In this document: positions 18,921 to 30,442 of the stretch, one piece after another | Layout: each line of letters begins with the position of its first letter | Numbering within the stretch: position 1 is the stretch's first letter | From: Rhizobiaceae bacterium | GTDB lineage: Bacteria > Pseudomonadota > Alphaproteobacteria > Rhizobiales > Rhizobiaceae | Direction of reading: 5' to 3' | DNA: 64,000 bases | NCBI GenBank assembly: GCA_020628035.1 | Contig: JAHDFS010000003.1 | Span: 2,616-66,615, forward strand | Translations under genes and position numbers: made by a program | The notes under the pieces: model-generated | Database searches by the model: none | What the model saw: only the letters and a program-made list of their open reading frames with translations | What the model was told of the DNA's origin: nothing

Positions 18921-21434
18921 ATGGAAAGTAAAGCACGTGTTGTCGTTATTGGTGGGGGAGTTGTTGGTGTCTCAACACTTTACCATTTGGCGAAAAAAGG
19001 TTGGTCTGATTGTGTTCTGATTGAACGAAAGGAACTAACGTCCGGTTCCACTTGGCATGCAGCTGGTTTGCTACCGCTGTTTAACATGAGCTATTCCGTT
19101 GGTCAGATCCATAAATATTCCGTGAAATTTTATCGTGAGCTGGAAGAAGAAACAGGTGTAAATGTTGGTTTCTCAAATGTCAGCAATATTCGCTTGGCTA
19201 AAACTAAAGATCGCTGGGACGAATATATGTATTATGCAGGCGTTGCTGAAACACTTGGCATCCCGGTTAATATTCTAACGCCTGAACAGGTCAAAGAAAT
19301 CTGGCCTTTATGTGAAACGGAAGGTTTGCTAGGTGCCATCCAGCATCCTGACGATGGTTATATTCAACCCGCTGACTTGACCCAAGCCTTGGCAAAAGGC
19401 GCACGCGATTTGGGCGCGACAATCCAAAGATACACAACTGTGACCGCGATTGAAAAACTGGAAAACGGTCAGTTTGTTGTTAAAACAGACAAGGGCGATA
19501 TTACCTGCGATCATGTTGTGTCGTGTACAGGTAACTTTGCCCGCAAAACAGGAGCTATGGTTGGCCTTGATGTGCCCGTGATCCCAGTTGAGCACCAATA
19601 TATTGTCACCGAACCGCATCCGGATATTGTCGCACGCAAAGAACAAGGCCTACCGGAAATGGGCGTACTTCGTGAATCAGATAGCTCCTGGTATATGCGC
19701 GAAGAAAATGGCGGCTTGCTGCTTGGGCCTTATGAAAAAGGTGCACCTTGCTGTTATGTCGATGGACCAAGCGATGAAAGCGAATATGAACTTTTCCAGG
19801 AAGATATCGATCGTTTGATGCCGCATATTGAAACAGCGATTGAACGCGTGCCAGCTTTCGGCGAAGTCGGCATAAAGAAAGTCTATAATGGCGCGATTGC
19901 GTATACGCCTGATGGTTCGCCCATTATTGGCCCGGCGCCAGGTTTGAAAAATTTCTGGCTCAATGAAGGTCATTCGTTCGGAATTACAGCTGCCGGTGGT
20001 GCAGGCTGGCAATTGGCAGAATGGATTGTCGATGGCGAACCAACCATTGATATGATGGGTGTCGATCCACGCCGCTTTGGTCCTTATGCGACAGAAGGTT
20101 ATCTGCGTGAGAAAAACGAAGAAGCTTATGCCAATGTGTTCACCACACACTATCCGGATGAAGAGCGCGCGGCAGCACGTCCGCTGAAAACCACACCAAT
20201 TTATGATCGCTTGAAAGATCGCGGTGCGGTCTTTGGGTCTGTTTATGGCTGGGAGCGCGCCAACTGGTTTGCGCCTGAAGGTTATGAAGTGTCCAAGGAA
20301 GAGTTGGATCTTGGCGCTGATGTCTTAACCGATCACAATTATGCGCCACCAACTGATGATGGTCGCATTGTTGAAAGATGGTCATTCCGCCGTTCAAACT
20401 ATTTTGAGCATGTCGGCAATGAAGTTAAAAATGTGAACGAAAATGTCGGCCTTTTAGACATGTCCGCGTTTGCCAAGATCGAAGTCAGCGGCAAAGGTGC
20501 GCGTGATTGGCTGAACTATATTTTTGCCAACGCGGTTCCCAAAACACGTGGGCGTGTGGCTCTATGTCATTTGCTGACAAAATATGGCGGTGTGCGCTCA
20601 GAATTCACAGTATTTGAATTCAAACCGGATCATTTTTACCTTGTCTCCGCGGGTGCTTATGAAGCGCATGATCACGATATTCTAGGCAAATTACTGCCGG
20701 AAGATGGATCTGTTCAGCTTAAACCGATCACTGAGAAATATGGTGTTCTGGTGCTGGCCGGTCCAAAGTCGCGCGATGTCTTGTCTAAGCTGACACGCAC
20801 CAGCTTATCTAACGATGATTTCAAATGGCTCACAGGTAAAAAAATCTCCGTGGGTCACGCCACAGCCAACGCATTGCGCGTAAACTTTGTTGGCGAACTC
20901 GGTTGGGAGCTGCACCATCCTATCGAGCAACAAAATGCGATCTTCGATGCGGTTATGGAAGCCGGTGAAGAATTCGGCATCAAGCCGTTTGGCATCAGAG
21001 CAATGACGGCAATGGCGGTTGAAAAAAGCTACCGCTTGATCCCACGCGAACTCTCAATTGAGTATAATGCGTTTGAATCTGGTCTCGATCGATTTGTGAA
21101 ATTGAGCAAGGAAGATTTCCTTGGCAAAGATGCGCTTGTGCAAGCCAAAGAAGATGGATTGAACTGGAATTTTGTCACGATGGAAGTTCATGATGTCACA
21201 GATGCAGATGCACGCGGCAACGAAGCGATCTATAAAGATGGCGAGTTGGTTGGTCGTGCAACACATGGCGCTTATGGATATAGAATTGGCAAATCTCTAG
21301 CGCTCGCAATGGTCAAACCAGATGTGTCTGCCATCGGAACCCAGCTTGAGATCAAGATCCTTGGCAAGCTTCATAAAGCAACAATTGTTGAGGAAAGCCC
21401 ATTTGATCCAGAAAATGTTGCCTTGCGCGCTTAG
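18921..21434 (+). CDS. dimethylglycine/sarcosine dehydrogenase-like FAD-dependent oxidoreductase with GcvT domain
   Basis: GGGVVG FAD motif, TSGSTWHAAG (covalent-FAD His), YTPDGSP, FVGELGWELH, folate-binding C-terminus; 837 aa. Confidence 0.88.
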   Translation: MESKARVVVIGGGVVGVSTLYHLAKKGWSDCVLIERKELTSGSTWHAAGLLPLFNMSYSVGQIHKYSVKFYRELEEETGVNVGFSNVSNIRLAKTKDRWDEYMYYAGVAETLGIPVNILTPEQVKEIWPLCETEGLLGAIQHPDDGYIQPADLTQALAKGARDLGATIQRYTTVTAIEKLENGQFVVKTDKGDITCDHVVSCTGNFARKTGAMVGLDVPVIPVEHQYIVTEPHPDIVARKEQGLPEMGVLRESDSSWYMREENGGLLLGPYEKGAPCCYVDGPSDESEYELFQEDIDRLMPHIETAIERVPAFGEVGIKKVYNGAIAYTPDGSPIIGPAPGLKNFWLNEGHSFGITAAGGAGWQLAEWIVDGEPTIDMMGVDPRRFGPYATEGYLREKNEEAYANVFTTHYPDEERAAARPLKTTPIYDRLKDRGAVFGSVYGWERANWFAPEGYEVSKEELDLGADVLTDHNYAPPTDDGRIVERWSFRRSNYFEHVGNEVKNVNENVGLLDMSAFAKIEVSGKGARDWLNYIFANAVPKTRGRVALCHLLTKYGGVRSEFTVFEFKPDHFYLVSAGAYEAHDHDILGKLLPEDGSVQLKPITEKYGVLVLAGPKSRDVLSKLTRTSLSNDDFKWLTGKKISVGHATANALRVNFVGELGWELHHPIEQQNAIFDAVMEAGEEFGIKPFGIRAMTAMAVEKSYRLIPRELSIEYNAFESGLDRFVKLSKEDFLGKDALVQAKEDGLNWNFVTMEVHDVTDADARGNEAIYKDGELVGRATHGAYGYRIGKSLALAMVKPDVSAIGTQLEIKILGKLHKATIVEESPFDPENVALRA

Positions 21435-21591
21435 CCAAGGCAATTTCTGCTAAAATCGTGGAAAGATGCAATTTCGCACAAGTGTGCGGAATATGTCTGG
21501 GGGCCAAGCGTGTGATATATTGTAATATATTACACTGACGTGTATCTATCGCTTTTAAGGTCAAACCCGCACGTTGCGTAAAGGGCATAGA

Positions 21592-23130
21592 TTGCAAGGC
21601 ATTGAAAAAACACTCCGGGATACTTTGGGCAAATTAGAAAGCCCAGATGAAGCCACGAGGATTAAGCTATATAAAGCCACAGAGACGATCCTTGAGAGAA
21701 GTTTAGCGCCTTATCTCGAGACGCAGCCTGATATGGTTGAGGCGCGACGCTCGCAATTGGTTGAAATCGTCACACGCCTTGAAAATGAATACAAAAATCC
21801 TACACCCGCGCCAGCACCTGATCCAATTTTAGATGTGCCAGAAGCTCCCCAACAGGTGTCTCCATCAAACGCAATAGGCAATCAAGTTAGTCAGCCATCT
21901 GCAATAGATGAAAATTCGCAAGTCCCCGACGTTTCAGTTGATTATCCGGTCCTTCAACCTCAAGAAACGCCGTCAATAAGTCAGGCGCCTAATGTTGATG
22001 CGCCAAATATTGATGGACAAAGTGTTGAAGCGCCAAGTGTTGAAGCGCCGCGCAAAAACCCATCTGAGCCGCCGCAAGTCGCAACGCCAGTAGCACCGAG
22101 TTCAGAACCCAAACAAGTGCCGCCATCTGTAGATCCGGTACTTGCGCAAATTGATCAGTCAGAGGTGAGTGCGCCTCAAGTTAAAGCACCGATAGATGAC
22201 GCGGTTGATTTAACATCTGCGCCTGAGATCAAACCAACGCAGCGCAGCACAAGAAATTCAAATGTTGCCTGGCCAGATGCGGCAACCCACCCAGATCATC
22301 CTGAAAAGCCTGATCGCACGACAGTATTTGGTTTTGACAAAAGCGGTCCAAAATCTGCCCCAGATTCAGGATCACAAAACGAAAAATCAAAGGCCGAACT
22401 TCGTGCTGAAAAACGCGCGAAACGCAAACGCGAGAATGAACAAAAACGGGCAAAGAAAAAAGACAATCGACGACGCGGCCGCAGCTTGATTGATACAATC
22501 GCAGGGTCAATCGTATCTGTAATCTTGATCATATTCCTGATCGGCGGCACATGGATATTAGTTGAGAGCGAGTATTTCGATATATTCTTGGAGTGGCGCA
22601 ATGGCGGGCCGCTCGAACCCACAGCCGAAGAGCAGGTGGCACAAGATGATTTTATTCCAAAAGTTTTAAATGAAACAGCAGAACAAGAAGGCGACTGGAT
22701 TGAAGTCTTTGGTCCGGGGGATGCCGATAAGGCGCGCGGCCGGGGTGAGGTTTTGGTTGAAACCATCGGCGATGACGATGCTGGTGGCGTTCGGATTACA
22801 TCGGTCAATGCCGGCGAATTTGGCGAAGCTCTTATCCCGCTCAATGGACGTATCCTTGCGCCAGCTGCCTCGCGTAAATTTGCGCTTGCTTTATCCGTCT
22901 CAGTCACAGAACCGACACAAGTTTATGTTCGATGCTTACTTAAGAGTGGCGTTGAAATTGGTCGTCGACGTTTCCAGCTAGGCGGTGGTCGCACCGATGT
23001 GCTGATTGATCTTGATATGACAAATGTGGGCGCGTTTGAAACACAGCCTTATCTTGCGATCAACAGCGATATCACAGGTGGGGGCAAATCTGTCGAACTC
23101 TATGATGTCCGCTTTCAGGTACAAAACTAA
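21592..23130 (+). CDS. hypothetical bitopic membrane protein with long Pro-rich linker and C-terminal beta-rich periplasmic domain
   Basis: Probable TTG start at 21592. Helical N-terminus, about 190-aa P/A/S/V-rich region, basic stretch (KRAKRKRENEQKRAKKKDNRRRGR), one TM (IAGSIVSVILIIFLIGGTWILV), globular C-terminus. Confidence 0.75.
   Translation: MQGIEKTLRDTLGKLESPDEATRIKLYKATETILERSLAPYLETQPDMVEARRSQLVEIVTRLENEYKNPTPAPAPDPILDVPEAPQQVSPSNAIGNQVSQPSAIDENSQVPDVSVDYPVLQPQETPSISQAPNVDAPNIDGQSVEAPSVEAPRKNPSEPPQVATPVAPSSEPKQVPPSVDPVLAQIDQSEVSAPQVKAPIDDAVDLTSAPEIKPTQRSTRNSNVAWPDAATHPDHPEKPDRTTVFGFDKSGPKSAPDSGSQNEKSKAELRAEKRAKRKRENEQKRAKKKDNRRRGRSLIDTIAGSIVSVILIIFLIGGTWILVESEYFDIFLEWRNGGPLEPTAEEQVAQDDFIPKVLNETAEQEGDWIEVFGPGDADKARGRGEVLVETIGDDDAGGVRITSVNAGEFGEALIPLNGRILAPAASRKFALALSVSVTEPTQVYVRCLLKSGVEIGRRRFQLGGGRTDVLIDLDMTNVGAFETQPYLAINSDITGGGKSVELYDVRFQVQN
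21991..22050 (+). repeat. four degenerate 15-bp in-frame tandem repeats (NVDAP NIDGQ SVEAP SVEAP)
   Basis: aatgttgatgcgcca / aatattgatggacaa / agtgttgaagcgcca / agtgttgaagcgccg. Confidence 0.7.
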
Positions 23131-23158
23131 TCGGCTCCACGCCGCAAAAGGATGAAGT

Positions 23159-24013
23159 ATGCGCATAGTCTATGTAAATGGTGAATACAAACCTGAAAAC
23201 GAAGCAATGGTTTCCGTTTTTGACAGAGGTTTTTTGTTTGCAGATGCCGTTTATGAGGGCATTGCCGTTATAGATGGTAAGCTGATCGATTTCCCGGCTC
23301 ACATTGCACGTTTAGAGCGCTCTTGTAAGGCGCTCGACATGCCGCTTAACTATGATTACGAACAACTTTTGGAGCTTAATCGTCAGGTGGTAGCGCGCAA
23401 TGATCTTAAAGAAGGTTTCTTATATTTCCAGATTTCGCGCGGCGCGGCAGATCGTGATTTTGCTTTTGATAATAGCGCGCTCACACAAAGCGTTGTGATT
23501 TTTTGTCAGCCAAAATCCATCATCAATAATCCTGTTGTTGAAACAGGCATGTCAGTGATCACAATTGATGATTTGCGTTGGGGACGGTGTGATATCAAAA
23601 CCGTTCAATTGCTGTATCCTTCCCTTGCAAAAATGGAAGCAAAGAAACAAGGTGCGGATGACGCATGGTTTGTCAGAGATGGTGTTGTTATGGAAGGCAC
23701 ATCAAACAATGCATTTATCATCACAAATGACGATGTGATTGTCACACGACCGACATCCAACCAAATTTTGCCAGGCATTACACGTGCGGCGATCTTACAA
23801 TATGCGGGCGAAAATGGTTTGAAGGTTGAAGAGCGTCAATTTACAAAAGATGAAGCTTATCAGGCGAAAGAGGCCTTTATATCCTCAGCAACAACTTTCA
23901 TGTTCCCTGTTATTAAAATTGATGGGAATCAAGTTGGCGATGGTAAAGTTGGTGAGCATGTTAAAAAACTGCGCGCGCTTTATATCAAAGAAAGCATTAA
24001 ACGCGCAGTTTAG
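23159..24013 (+). CDS. dat: D-amino-acid transaminase (PLP fold IV)
   Basis: DRGFLFADAVYE, RWGRCDIKTVQLL, EGTSNNAF, ILPGITR. Confidence 0.88.
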   Translation: MRIVYVNGEYKPENEAMVSVFDRGFLFADAVYEGIAVIDGKLIDFPAHIARLERSCKALDMPLNYDYEQLLELNRQVVARNDLKEGFLYFQISRGAADRDFAFDNSALTQSVVIFCQPKSIINNPVVETGMSVITIDDLRWGRCDIKTVQLLYPSLAKMEAKKQGADDAWFVRDGVVMEGTSNNAFIITNDDVIVTRPTSNQILPGITRAAILQYAGENGLKVEERQFTKDEAYQAKEAFISSATTFMFPVIKIDGNQVGDGKVGEHVKKLRALYIKESIKRAV

Positions 24014-24024
24014 CGTGAATAATC

Positions 24025-24813
24025 TTAGACTGATTTAATCGAGCCGCCATCGCAGCGGATCATGCTGCCGGTGATATAGCTGGCTTTTTCGCTGCACAAA
24101 AACGCCGCTGTGGAACCAAATTCTTTTGGATCACCATAACGACCGGCCGGGATCGCCGCGATTGAGTTTTTCGTAACTTGCTCAACTGGCAAACCACTTT
24201 TTTTCGCATTCGCTTCATCGAGCTGTTTGGTTCGGTCAGTGGCAATTCGGCCCGGCAGCAACATGTTAAAGGTCAAACCTTCTCCCGCCAATTCGTTGGA
24301 CATGGATTTTGACCACCCCACAAGCGCGGCGCGCAAGGTGTTAGACAGGCCTAAATTCGGGATAGGTTGTTCAACGCCGGAGGATGCAACAGTGAGCACG
24401 CGTCCCCAACCTTGCTCTTTCATATGAGGAACAAAGCGCGCTGTGATGTCCATCACACGCATGACCATGGTGTTAAAATGTGGGGCCAATCCCATTACAT
24501 CAGCATCCGACATCTTCCCAGGAGGTGGACCACCGGTATTATTAACGAGAATGTCGATCTTTCCGAGCTTTTCAAGTGCGGCTTTTTCAATCACATCTGC
24601 GCTGTTTGGGTCGGACAAATCCGCCGTTACGTAATCTGCCTTGCCTTCTGACTTATTGTTAATATCAGCGGCTACACTTTGCAGCACCTCGCTGCTGCGG
24701 CCCACTAGCAAAACATTTGCACCTTCTATTGCAAGTTCTTCGGCAATAGCGCGGCCCAGGCCTTTTGATGAGGCCAAAACAACCGCGTTTTTACCAGATA
24801 ATCCTAAATCCAT
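24025..24813 (-). CDS. SDR oxidoreductase (atypical 3-oxoacyl-ACP-reductase-like subfamily)
   Basis: MDLGLSGKNAVVLASSKGLG, NNTGGPPPG, LSNTLRAAL in place of YxxxK, PGRIATDR. Confidence 0.85.
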   Translation of the reverse strand: MDLGLSGKNAVVLASSKGLGRAIAEELAIEGANVLLVGRSSEVLQSVAADINNKSEGKADYVTADLSDPNSADVIEKAALEKLGKIDILVNNTGGPPPGKMSDADVMGLAPHFNTMVMRVMDITARFVPHMKEQGWGRVLTVASSGVEQPIPNLGLSNTLRAALVGWSKSMSNELAGEGLTFNMLLPGRIATDRTKQLDEANAKKSGLPVEQVTKNSIAAIPAGRYGDPKEFGSTAAFLCSEKASYITGSMIRCDGGSIKSV

Positions 24814-24967
24814 CAGTAACTCCTTATTCGGCCCGTATGTTAGAAAATTATGATTTGAAAGAACAGCACAAAAGCAACGAAAATTATGATCAGAGCATGG
24901 ACGTATCGGGCGTCATCCTTTATTCGGTGATACGCGCCCCTTGTTCAACAGATCGGAAAGAGCTTTC

Positions 24968-26014
24968 ATGGCACAGCCATCCATTACCATCCGCACACCT
25001 GATGATTGGCACCTACATCTTCGCGACGGAGATATGCTGAAATCGGTTCTGCCAGAAACATCTCGTCACTTTGCCCGCGCGATTATCATGCCTAATCTGG
25101 TGCCGCCGGTGGTGACAAAATCCGATGCTGAACAATATCGTGACCGCATCTTGGCCGTACGCCCCGAAGGGTCAGATTTCAAACCGCTCATGACTTTATA
25201 TCTCACTGAAGGCACAGACCCAGACGATCTGGAAGATGCTTATAAATCAGGTGTTGTGACAGCCGCAAAGCTCTATCCCGCTGGCGCAACGACGAATTCG
25301 GAAAATGGCGTTCGAAATTTTGAAAATATTATGCCCGTTCTCGAGCGCATGGCAGATATTGGCATGATGATGTGTGTGCATGGCGAAGTGACAGATGCAG
25401 ATATCGATATCTTCGACCGCGAAAAAGTGTTTATTGATCGTGTTTTGGATCCACTTCGCACGAAGCTGCCAGAGCTCAAAGTTACAATGGAGCACATTAC
25501 CACCAGCGATGCGGTGGATTATGTTGCATCTTCAAAGGGTCCATTGGCTGCCAGCATCACAACACATCATTTGATGATCAATCGTAATGCCATTCTCGCC
25601 GGTGGAATTCGCCCGCATTATTACTGCCTGCCTGTCGCTAAACGCGAAACTCATCGTCTCGCGTTGCGAAAAGCTGCAACATCAAATGATGAGCGGTATT
25701 TCTTGGGAACAGATTCTGCACCGCACTTGGATGAAAACAAAATCGATCCTTGTGGCTGTGCCGGTATCTTTACTGCGACCAATACCATGGCTTGTTTGGC
25801 ACAGGTGTTTGACGATGAGGGTGCGCTTGATCGCCTTGAAGCTTTTGCATGCTTAAATGGCCCCAAACATTATGGCTTGGCGGTCAACGAGGGATCTATG
25901 ACGCTTGTCAAACAGGACACACCCGTCGAGTTTCCAGATGTTATTAAGACTGGTGAAGGGGAGGTCACCGTGTTTGATCCGATGACCCCAATTTACTGGG
26001 ATGTGAAAGCTTAA
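24968..26014 (+). CDS. pyrC: dihydroorotase (type II, E. coli-like)
   Basis: [45 protein letters not shown]. Probable ATG start 24968. Confidence 0.95.
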   Translation: MAQPSITIRTPDDWHLHLRDGDMLKSVLPETSRHFARAIIMPNLVPPVVTKSDAEQYRDRILAVRPEGSDFKPLMTLYLTEGTDPDDLEDAYKSGVVTAAKLYPAGATTNSENGVRNFENIMPVLERMADIGMMMCVHGEVTDADIDIFDREKVFIDRVLDPLRTKLPELKVTMEHITTSDAVDYVASSKGPLAASITTHHLMINRNAILAGGIRPHYYCLPVAKRETHRLALRKAATSNDERYFLGTDSAPHLDENKIDPCGCAGIFTATNTMACLAQVFDDEGALDRLEAFACLNGPKHYGLAVNEGSMTLVKQDTPVEFPDVIKTGEGEVTVFDPMTPIYWDVKA

Positions 26015-26018
26015 GCGA

Positions 26019-27662
26019 TTAATTAGCTGATTTTCGGCTTTGAATGTAAGCGGCAATGGCAGCTGTTGAGCTGTCATGCCCGCTTGCATCTTCTTTGCCT
26101 TCCACCACAGGCAACAGACCTGTTGCCAATTCTTTACCCAGTTCAACACCCCATTGGTCATAAGCATTAATGCCAAAGATCTGCGCTTCAACAAAGACGC
26201 GATGCTCATAAAGCGCAATCAGGCGACCAAGCGCAAAGGGTGTGAGTTTATCATAGATAAAGGTGATTGAGGGGCGGTTGCCGGTAAAGACGCGATGCGG
26301 TGCAATCTTTGCCGCTGTCTCTTCATCTATGCCTTTAGATGTTAATTGCGCAAAGGCTTCGTCATAAGTGCGGCCTTTCATGAGGGCTTCAGATTGCGCC
26401 AAACAGTTTGCCACGAGCAAATCATGCTGATGGGATAGTTCTGTTTCATGACCATTCGCTGCAATCATAAATTCAGCTGGAATAACATCTGTTCCTTGGT
26501 GGATAAGCTGGTAAAAGGCGTGCTGACCGTTGGTTCCAGGTTCACCCCAAACAATTGGACCAGATGCTGTTTGAACGGCTTCGCCATCAACCGTCACACC
26601 CTTACCATTTGATTCCATATCAAGCTGTTGCAGATAAGCTGGGAAACGGGATAGACGCTGATCATAAGGCAAAATTGCGCGTGTTGAGCAGTCACACACC
26701 AAGCGATGCCACACACCCAACAGACCAAGCAAAAGCGGGATGTTCTGAGCAGGTTCTGCCGATTTAAAATGATTGTCCATAGATTGCGCACCATCTAGGA
26801 AAGCGCGGAAATTTTCTTTGCCGATTGCGATCATAATTGGCAAACCAATGGCGGACCAAAGCGAATAACGGCCGCCAACCCAATCCCAGAAGCCAAAGAC
26901 GCGCTCAGACGACATGCCAAATTTTTCAACCTTATCCAAGGCCGTTGATACGGCAGCAAAATGAGCGCTAACGGCGTCTTCACCCAATGCATCTGAGACC
27001 CAGCCTCGCGCTGTTTCAGCATTGGTCATGGTCTCAATCGTGGTAAACGTTTTAGAAGCAACAATGATTAAAGTGGTTTCTGGCGTAAGCTCTGCCAAAA
27101 TATCAGCGACATGGGCACCATCGACATTGGAAACAAAATGCGTTTTTGGGCCATCATGGTAAGGTGATAGTGCAATTGTTGCCATGACAGGGCCAAGATC
27201 CGAACCACCAATCCCGATATTGACAATGTCAGTGATCTTTTTACCCGTTGCACCTTTGATCTCGCCAGAGCGAATGCCATCAGAAAACGCGCCCATCGCA
27301 TCAAGCACTTCATGCACATCTTTAACAACATTTTCGCCGTCAAACATGATTTCTGCATCACGGCTTGCGCGTAATGCTGTATGCAAAACGGCACGATCTT
27401 CGGTGATATTGATTTTCTCGCCTGCAAACATTGCATCGCGTTTGGCAAAGACTTCTGACTTTTCAGCCAATTCTAACAGCTGGGCAAGACTGTCTTCATC
27501 AACGGAACATTTAGAATAATCCATCAAAAAATCGTCGAGCTGCGCTGAAAATGTTTCCGCGCGCTTGGGATCGTCTGCAAATGCCGCACGCATATCGCGT
27601 GGACCGGATTGGGCAAGTTTGGATTTAAGCTGTTCAATTATTTTAAGAGATTGATTGTTCAC
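26019..27662 (-). CDS. pgi: glucose-6-phosphate isomerase
   Basis: [51 protein letters not shown]. Confidence 0.97.
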   Translation of the reverse strand: MNNQSLKIIEQLKSKLAQSGPRDMRAAFADDPKRAETFSAQLDDFLMDYSKCSVDEDSLAQLLELAEKSEVFAKRDAMFAGEKINITEDRAVLHTALRASRDAEIMFDGENVVKDVHEVLDAMGAFSDGIRSGEIKGATGKKITDIVNIGIGGSDLGPVMATIALSPYHDGPKTHFVSNVDGAHVADILAELTPETTLIIVASKTFTTIETMTNAETARGWVSDALGEDAVSAHFAAVSTALDKVEKFGMSSERVFGFWDWVGGRYSLWSAIGLPIMIAIGKENFRAFLDGAQSMDNHFKSAEPAQNIPLLLGLLGVWHRLVCDCSTRAILPYDQRLSRFPAYLQQLDMESNGKGVTVDGEAVQTASGPIVWGEPGTNGQHAFYQLIHQGTDVIPAEFMIAANGHETELSHQHDLLVANCLAQSEALMKGRTYDEAFAQLTSKGIDEETAAKIAPHRVFTGNRPSITFIYDKLTPFALGRLIALYEHRVFVEAQIFGINAYDQWGVELGKELATGLLPVVEGKEDASGHDSSTAAIAAYIQSRKSAN

Positions 27663-27753
27663 GGCAGAGCTCCTTTGGTCAGCCCTTTTATGAAGACCAT
27701 TTACCGTAAAATCAACCGTTAGAAGGTGTAGATAGCAAAAAATTTAAATCGAT

Positions 27754-29457
27754 TTAAGTTTCTCTCAATGCACGACGTAAAACTTTTCCAACATTGCTTT
27801 TGGGCAGTTCATCTCGGAACACAATATGTTTTGGACGCTTGTAATTGGTCAGCTGGGTTTTGCAGTATTCACGAATTTCATCCTCGGTCAGATCGGGATT
27901 ACTCCGCACAACAAAAAGCTTAATGTCTTCATGTCCTTGAGTATTTTGGATGCCAATGGCAGCGCATTCCTGCACGCCATCCATTAGAGTAATCACATCT
28001 TCTAGCTCGTTGGGATAGACATTAAAGCCAGACACCAAGATCATATCTTTCACTCGATCAACAAGGGTGATGTAGCCCTCATTGCTCATTAGTCCAATGT
28101 CACCGGTTTTAAAATAGCCATCCTCAGTCATGACATTTTCGGTTTCTTCAGGATTATTCCAATAACCCTTCATAACCTGAGGGCCGCGTACGCAAATCTC
28201 GCCAATTTCCCCAAACGGCAATTCTTTATTGTCCTCACCGCGCACTTCCACAATCGTCGATGATACCGGAATTCCAATCGTGCCGTTAAAGTGCTCGTCA
28301 TCAAACAGATTGCCGCATACAACGGGTGAGGTTTCTGATAGGCCATAAGCTTCATGGATCACTGAACCTGTAATTGTTTCCCATCTATTGGCAACGGCGG
28401 TCTGCGTTTTCATTCCGCCACTGGCAGAGATCAAAAGTTCGGAAAAATCGAGCTTTCTGAAATCTGGATTATTCATCAATGCATTAAAGAGAGTATTGAG
28501 CCCGGCAAAAATATGAACGGGATGTTTTTCCAATTCTTTGACAAAACCCGGGATATCGCGCGGATTTGCGATCAATAAATTATGTGATCCAAGTCGCGTT
28601 GAGATCATCAAATTCACAGTGAGCGCAAAGATATGATAAAGCGGCAAAGCGCAAAGGAAAGTAATTTGATCAACGTCTTTCTTGGATTTGAGCGCACTTT
28701 CAACCCAGATCGCGGCTTGCTCGATATTTGAAAGCAAATTGCCATGGGTGATCATTGCAGCTTTGGGAACGCCTGTGGTTCCTCCGGTATATTGTAAAAG
28801 CGCTAAATCATCGTGGGTATTATCATATGGTGTGAAGCCTGATTTCGCGCCAAGGTTAAGCGCCGTGCGATAGGGGACATGATCCGGCAAAGACCATTTC
28901 GGCACCATCTTTTTCACGCGGCGAACAACTAAGTTCACCACTTGGCTTTTCAGCCCCAATGCATCGCCGATAAACATATCACCCATGGAAGTGACACAGA
29001 CATGTTTGAGGTTTGTCTCTTTGACAACCTGCTGCAGCGTATGGGCAAAATTCTCAAGCACGATGATCGCTTCGGCGCCTGAATCATTCAGCTGATTTTT
29101 CAACTCGCGGGGCGTGTAAAGCGGATTGATGCTGGTTAGCACATATCCAGCCCGCAGGATCGCAGCAATTACAATAGGAGACTGCAGAACATTCGGCAGC
29201 ATCACAGCAACGCGTGTTCCCGGTTTAAGGCCAAGTGATTGCAGCCATCCGGCAAAATTCTGTGATCCTTTATCCCAATCGCCATAGGTAATGGTTTTAC
29301 CCATGGATGTATGAGCGGGAAGCGCTGCATTTTGCTTCAAGCTTTTTTCAAAGAATGAACTGAGAGAAGGATGTTCTAAAGGAGGCAGTTCTGCCGGAAT
29401 ATCTGATGGATAAACAGGTACCCACGCCCGCGGTGCCGGCAATAAAATCTTACCCAT
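27754..29457 (-). CDS. fadD: long-chain-fatty-acid--CoA ligase
   Basis: YTGGTTGVPK, LPLYHIFAL, YGLSETSP, DRVKDMILVSGFNVYPNE, PKSNVGK. Start after GGAGGAG. Confidence 0.9.
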   Translation of the reverse strand: MGKILLPAPRAWVPVYPSDIPAELPPLEHPSLSSFFEKSLKQNAALPAHTSMGKTITYGDWDKGSQNFAGWLQSLGLKPGTRVAVMLPNVLQSPIVIAAILRAGYVLTSINPLYTPRELKNQLNDSGAEAIIVLENFAHTLQQVVKETNLKHVCVTSMGDMFIGDALGLKSQVVNLVVRRVKKMVPKWSLPDHVPYRTALNLGAKSGFTPYDNTHDDLALLQYTGGTTGVPKAAMITHGNLLSNIEQAAIWVESALKSKKDVDQITFLCALPLYHIFALTVNLMISTRLGSHNLLIANPRDIPGFVKELEKHPVHIFAGLNTLFNALMNNPDFRKLDFSELLISASGGMKTQTAVANRWETITGSVIHEAYGLSETSPVVCGNLFDDEHFNGTIGIPVSSTIVEVRGEDNKELPFGEIGEICVRGPQVMKGYWNNPEETENVMTEDGYFKTGDIGLMSNEGYITLVDRVKDMILVSGFNVYPNELEDVITLMDGVQECAAIGIQNTQGHEDIKLFVVRSNPDLTEDEIREYCKTQLTNYKRPKHIVFRDELPKSNVGKVLRRALRET

Positions 29458-29476
29458 GTCTCCTCCCAAAATAATC

Positions 29477-30352
29477 CTATTCTACAAAACTTGGTCCGTG
29501 TCCCAAAACCTTATCATCGATTTCACCGATCACATCCTCATCTTTACCTTCATAAGGAAGAGTGGAGAGAATATGGCGGATGATATTAATTCGTGCGCGG
29601 CGCTTGTCATTGGTCTTCACAACTGTCCACGGCGCATGCTCAGAATGCGTGGTCGCAAGCATGAGATCACGTTTTTTGGTGTAATCATCCCATTTATTCA
29701 AACTCGCAATATCCATCGGAGACAGTTTCCAAACCTTCAATGGATTGTGCCGGCGATCATGAAAGCGCTTGAGCTGCATTTCGCGCCCAATATTGAGCCA
29801 GAATTTGAAAAAATAAATGCCTTCATCAGCAATCATTTTTTCAAAGGCAGGAGTTTGCTCCAGAAAATTTGCATGCTGATCGGGTGTACAAAACCCCATT
29901 ACCGGTTCAACACCTGCACGGTTATACCAAGAACGGTCAAACAAAACCATTTCGCCCGTTGACGGGAAATGATCAACATAGCGCTGATAATACCATTCAC
30001 CGCGCTCGCGATCTGTTGGTTTTGGCAATGCGACAGTACGAACCGTTCTGTGGTTCATATATTGCTTAACCGCATTGATGGAACCACCTTTACCGGCTGC
30101 GTCGCGACCTTCAAACACCGAGATGATACGACTATCGCTTGACCCGAGCCATGATTGAACTTTGACCAGTTCCACCTGCAAGGCTTCAATGGTTTCTTCA
30201 TATTGCTTCCATTTTAGTTTTTTATCATAAGGGTAATCGCCTGACGAAAAGGCTTCATCCTCTATCCAATCTGGCAAGTCGGGATTGTCGATATCAAATG
30301 GTCGGGTTTCCCCACCGATTTCCAATTCTACTGCGCGCGATTCGTCACTCAT
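29477..30352 (-). CDS. ppk2: polyphosphate kinase 2
   Basis: [30 protein letters not shown]. Start could be 30352 or 30385. Confidence 0.93.
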   Translation of the reverse strand: MSDESRAVELEIGGETRPFDIDNPDLPDWIEDEAFSSGDYPYDKKLKWKQYEETIEALQVELVKVQSWLGSSDSRIISVFEGRDAAGKGGSINAVKQYMNHRTVRTVALPKPTDRERGEWYYQRYVDHFPSTGEMVLFDRSWYNRAGVEPVMGFCTPDQHANFLEQTPAFEKMIADEGIYFFKFWLNIGREMQLKRFHDRRHNPLKVWKLSPMDIASLNKWDDYTKKRDLMLATTHSEHAPWTVVKTNDKRRARINIIRHILSTLPYEGKDEDVIGEIDDKVLGHGPSFVE

Positions 30353-30442
30353 ATCATCACTTATTCTGTTGGTTTCTATACGCAAATGAGCGCATATTTA
30401 GATCATTTTTGCAAGTGCTGGCTTACCAGATTGGTTTCAAGG

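Noticed and set aside
21991-22050. Short direct repeats considered as a CRISPR or contingency locus
   Set aside because: In-frame 15-bp degenerate coding repeats without spacers or cas genes.
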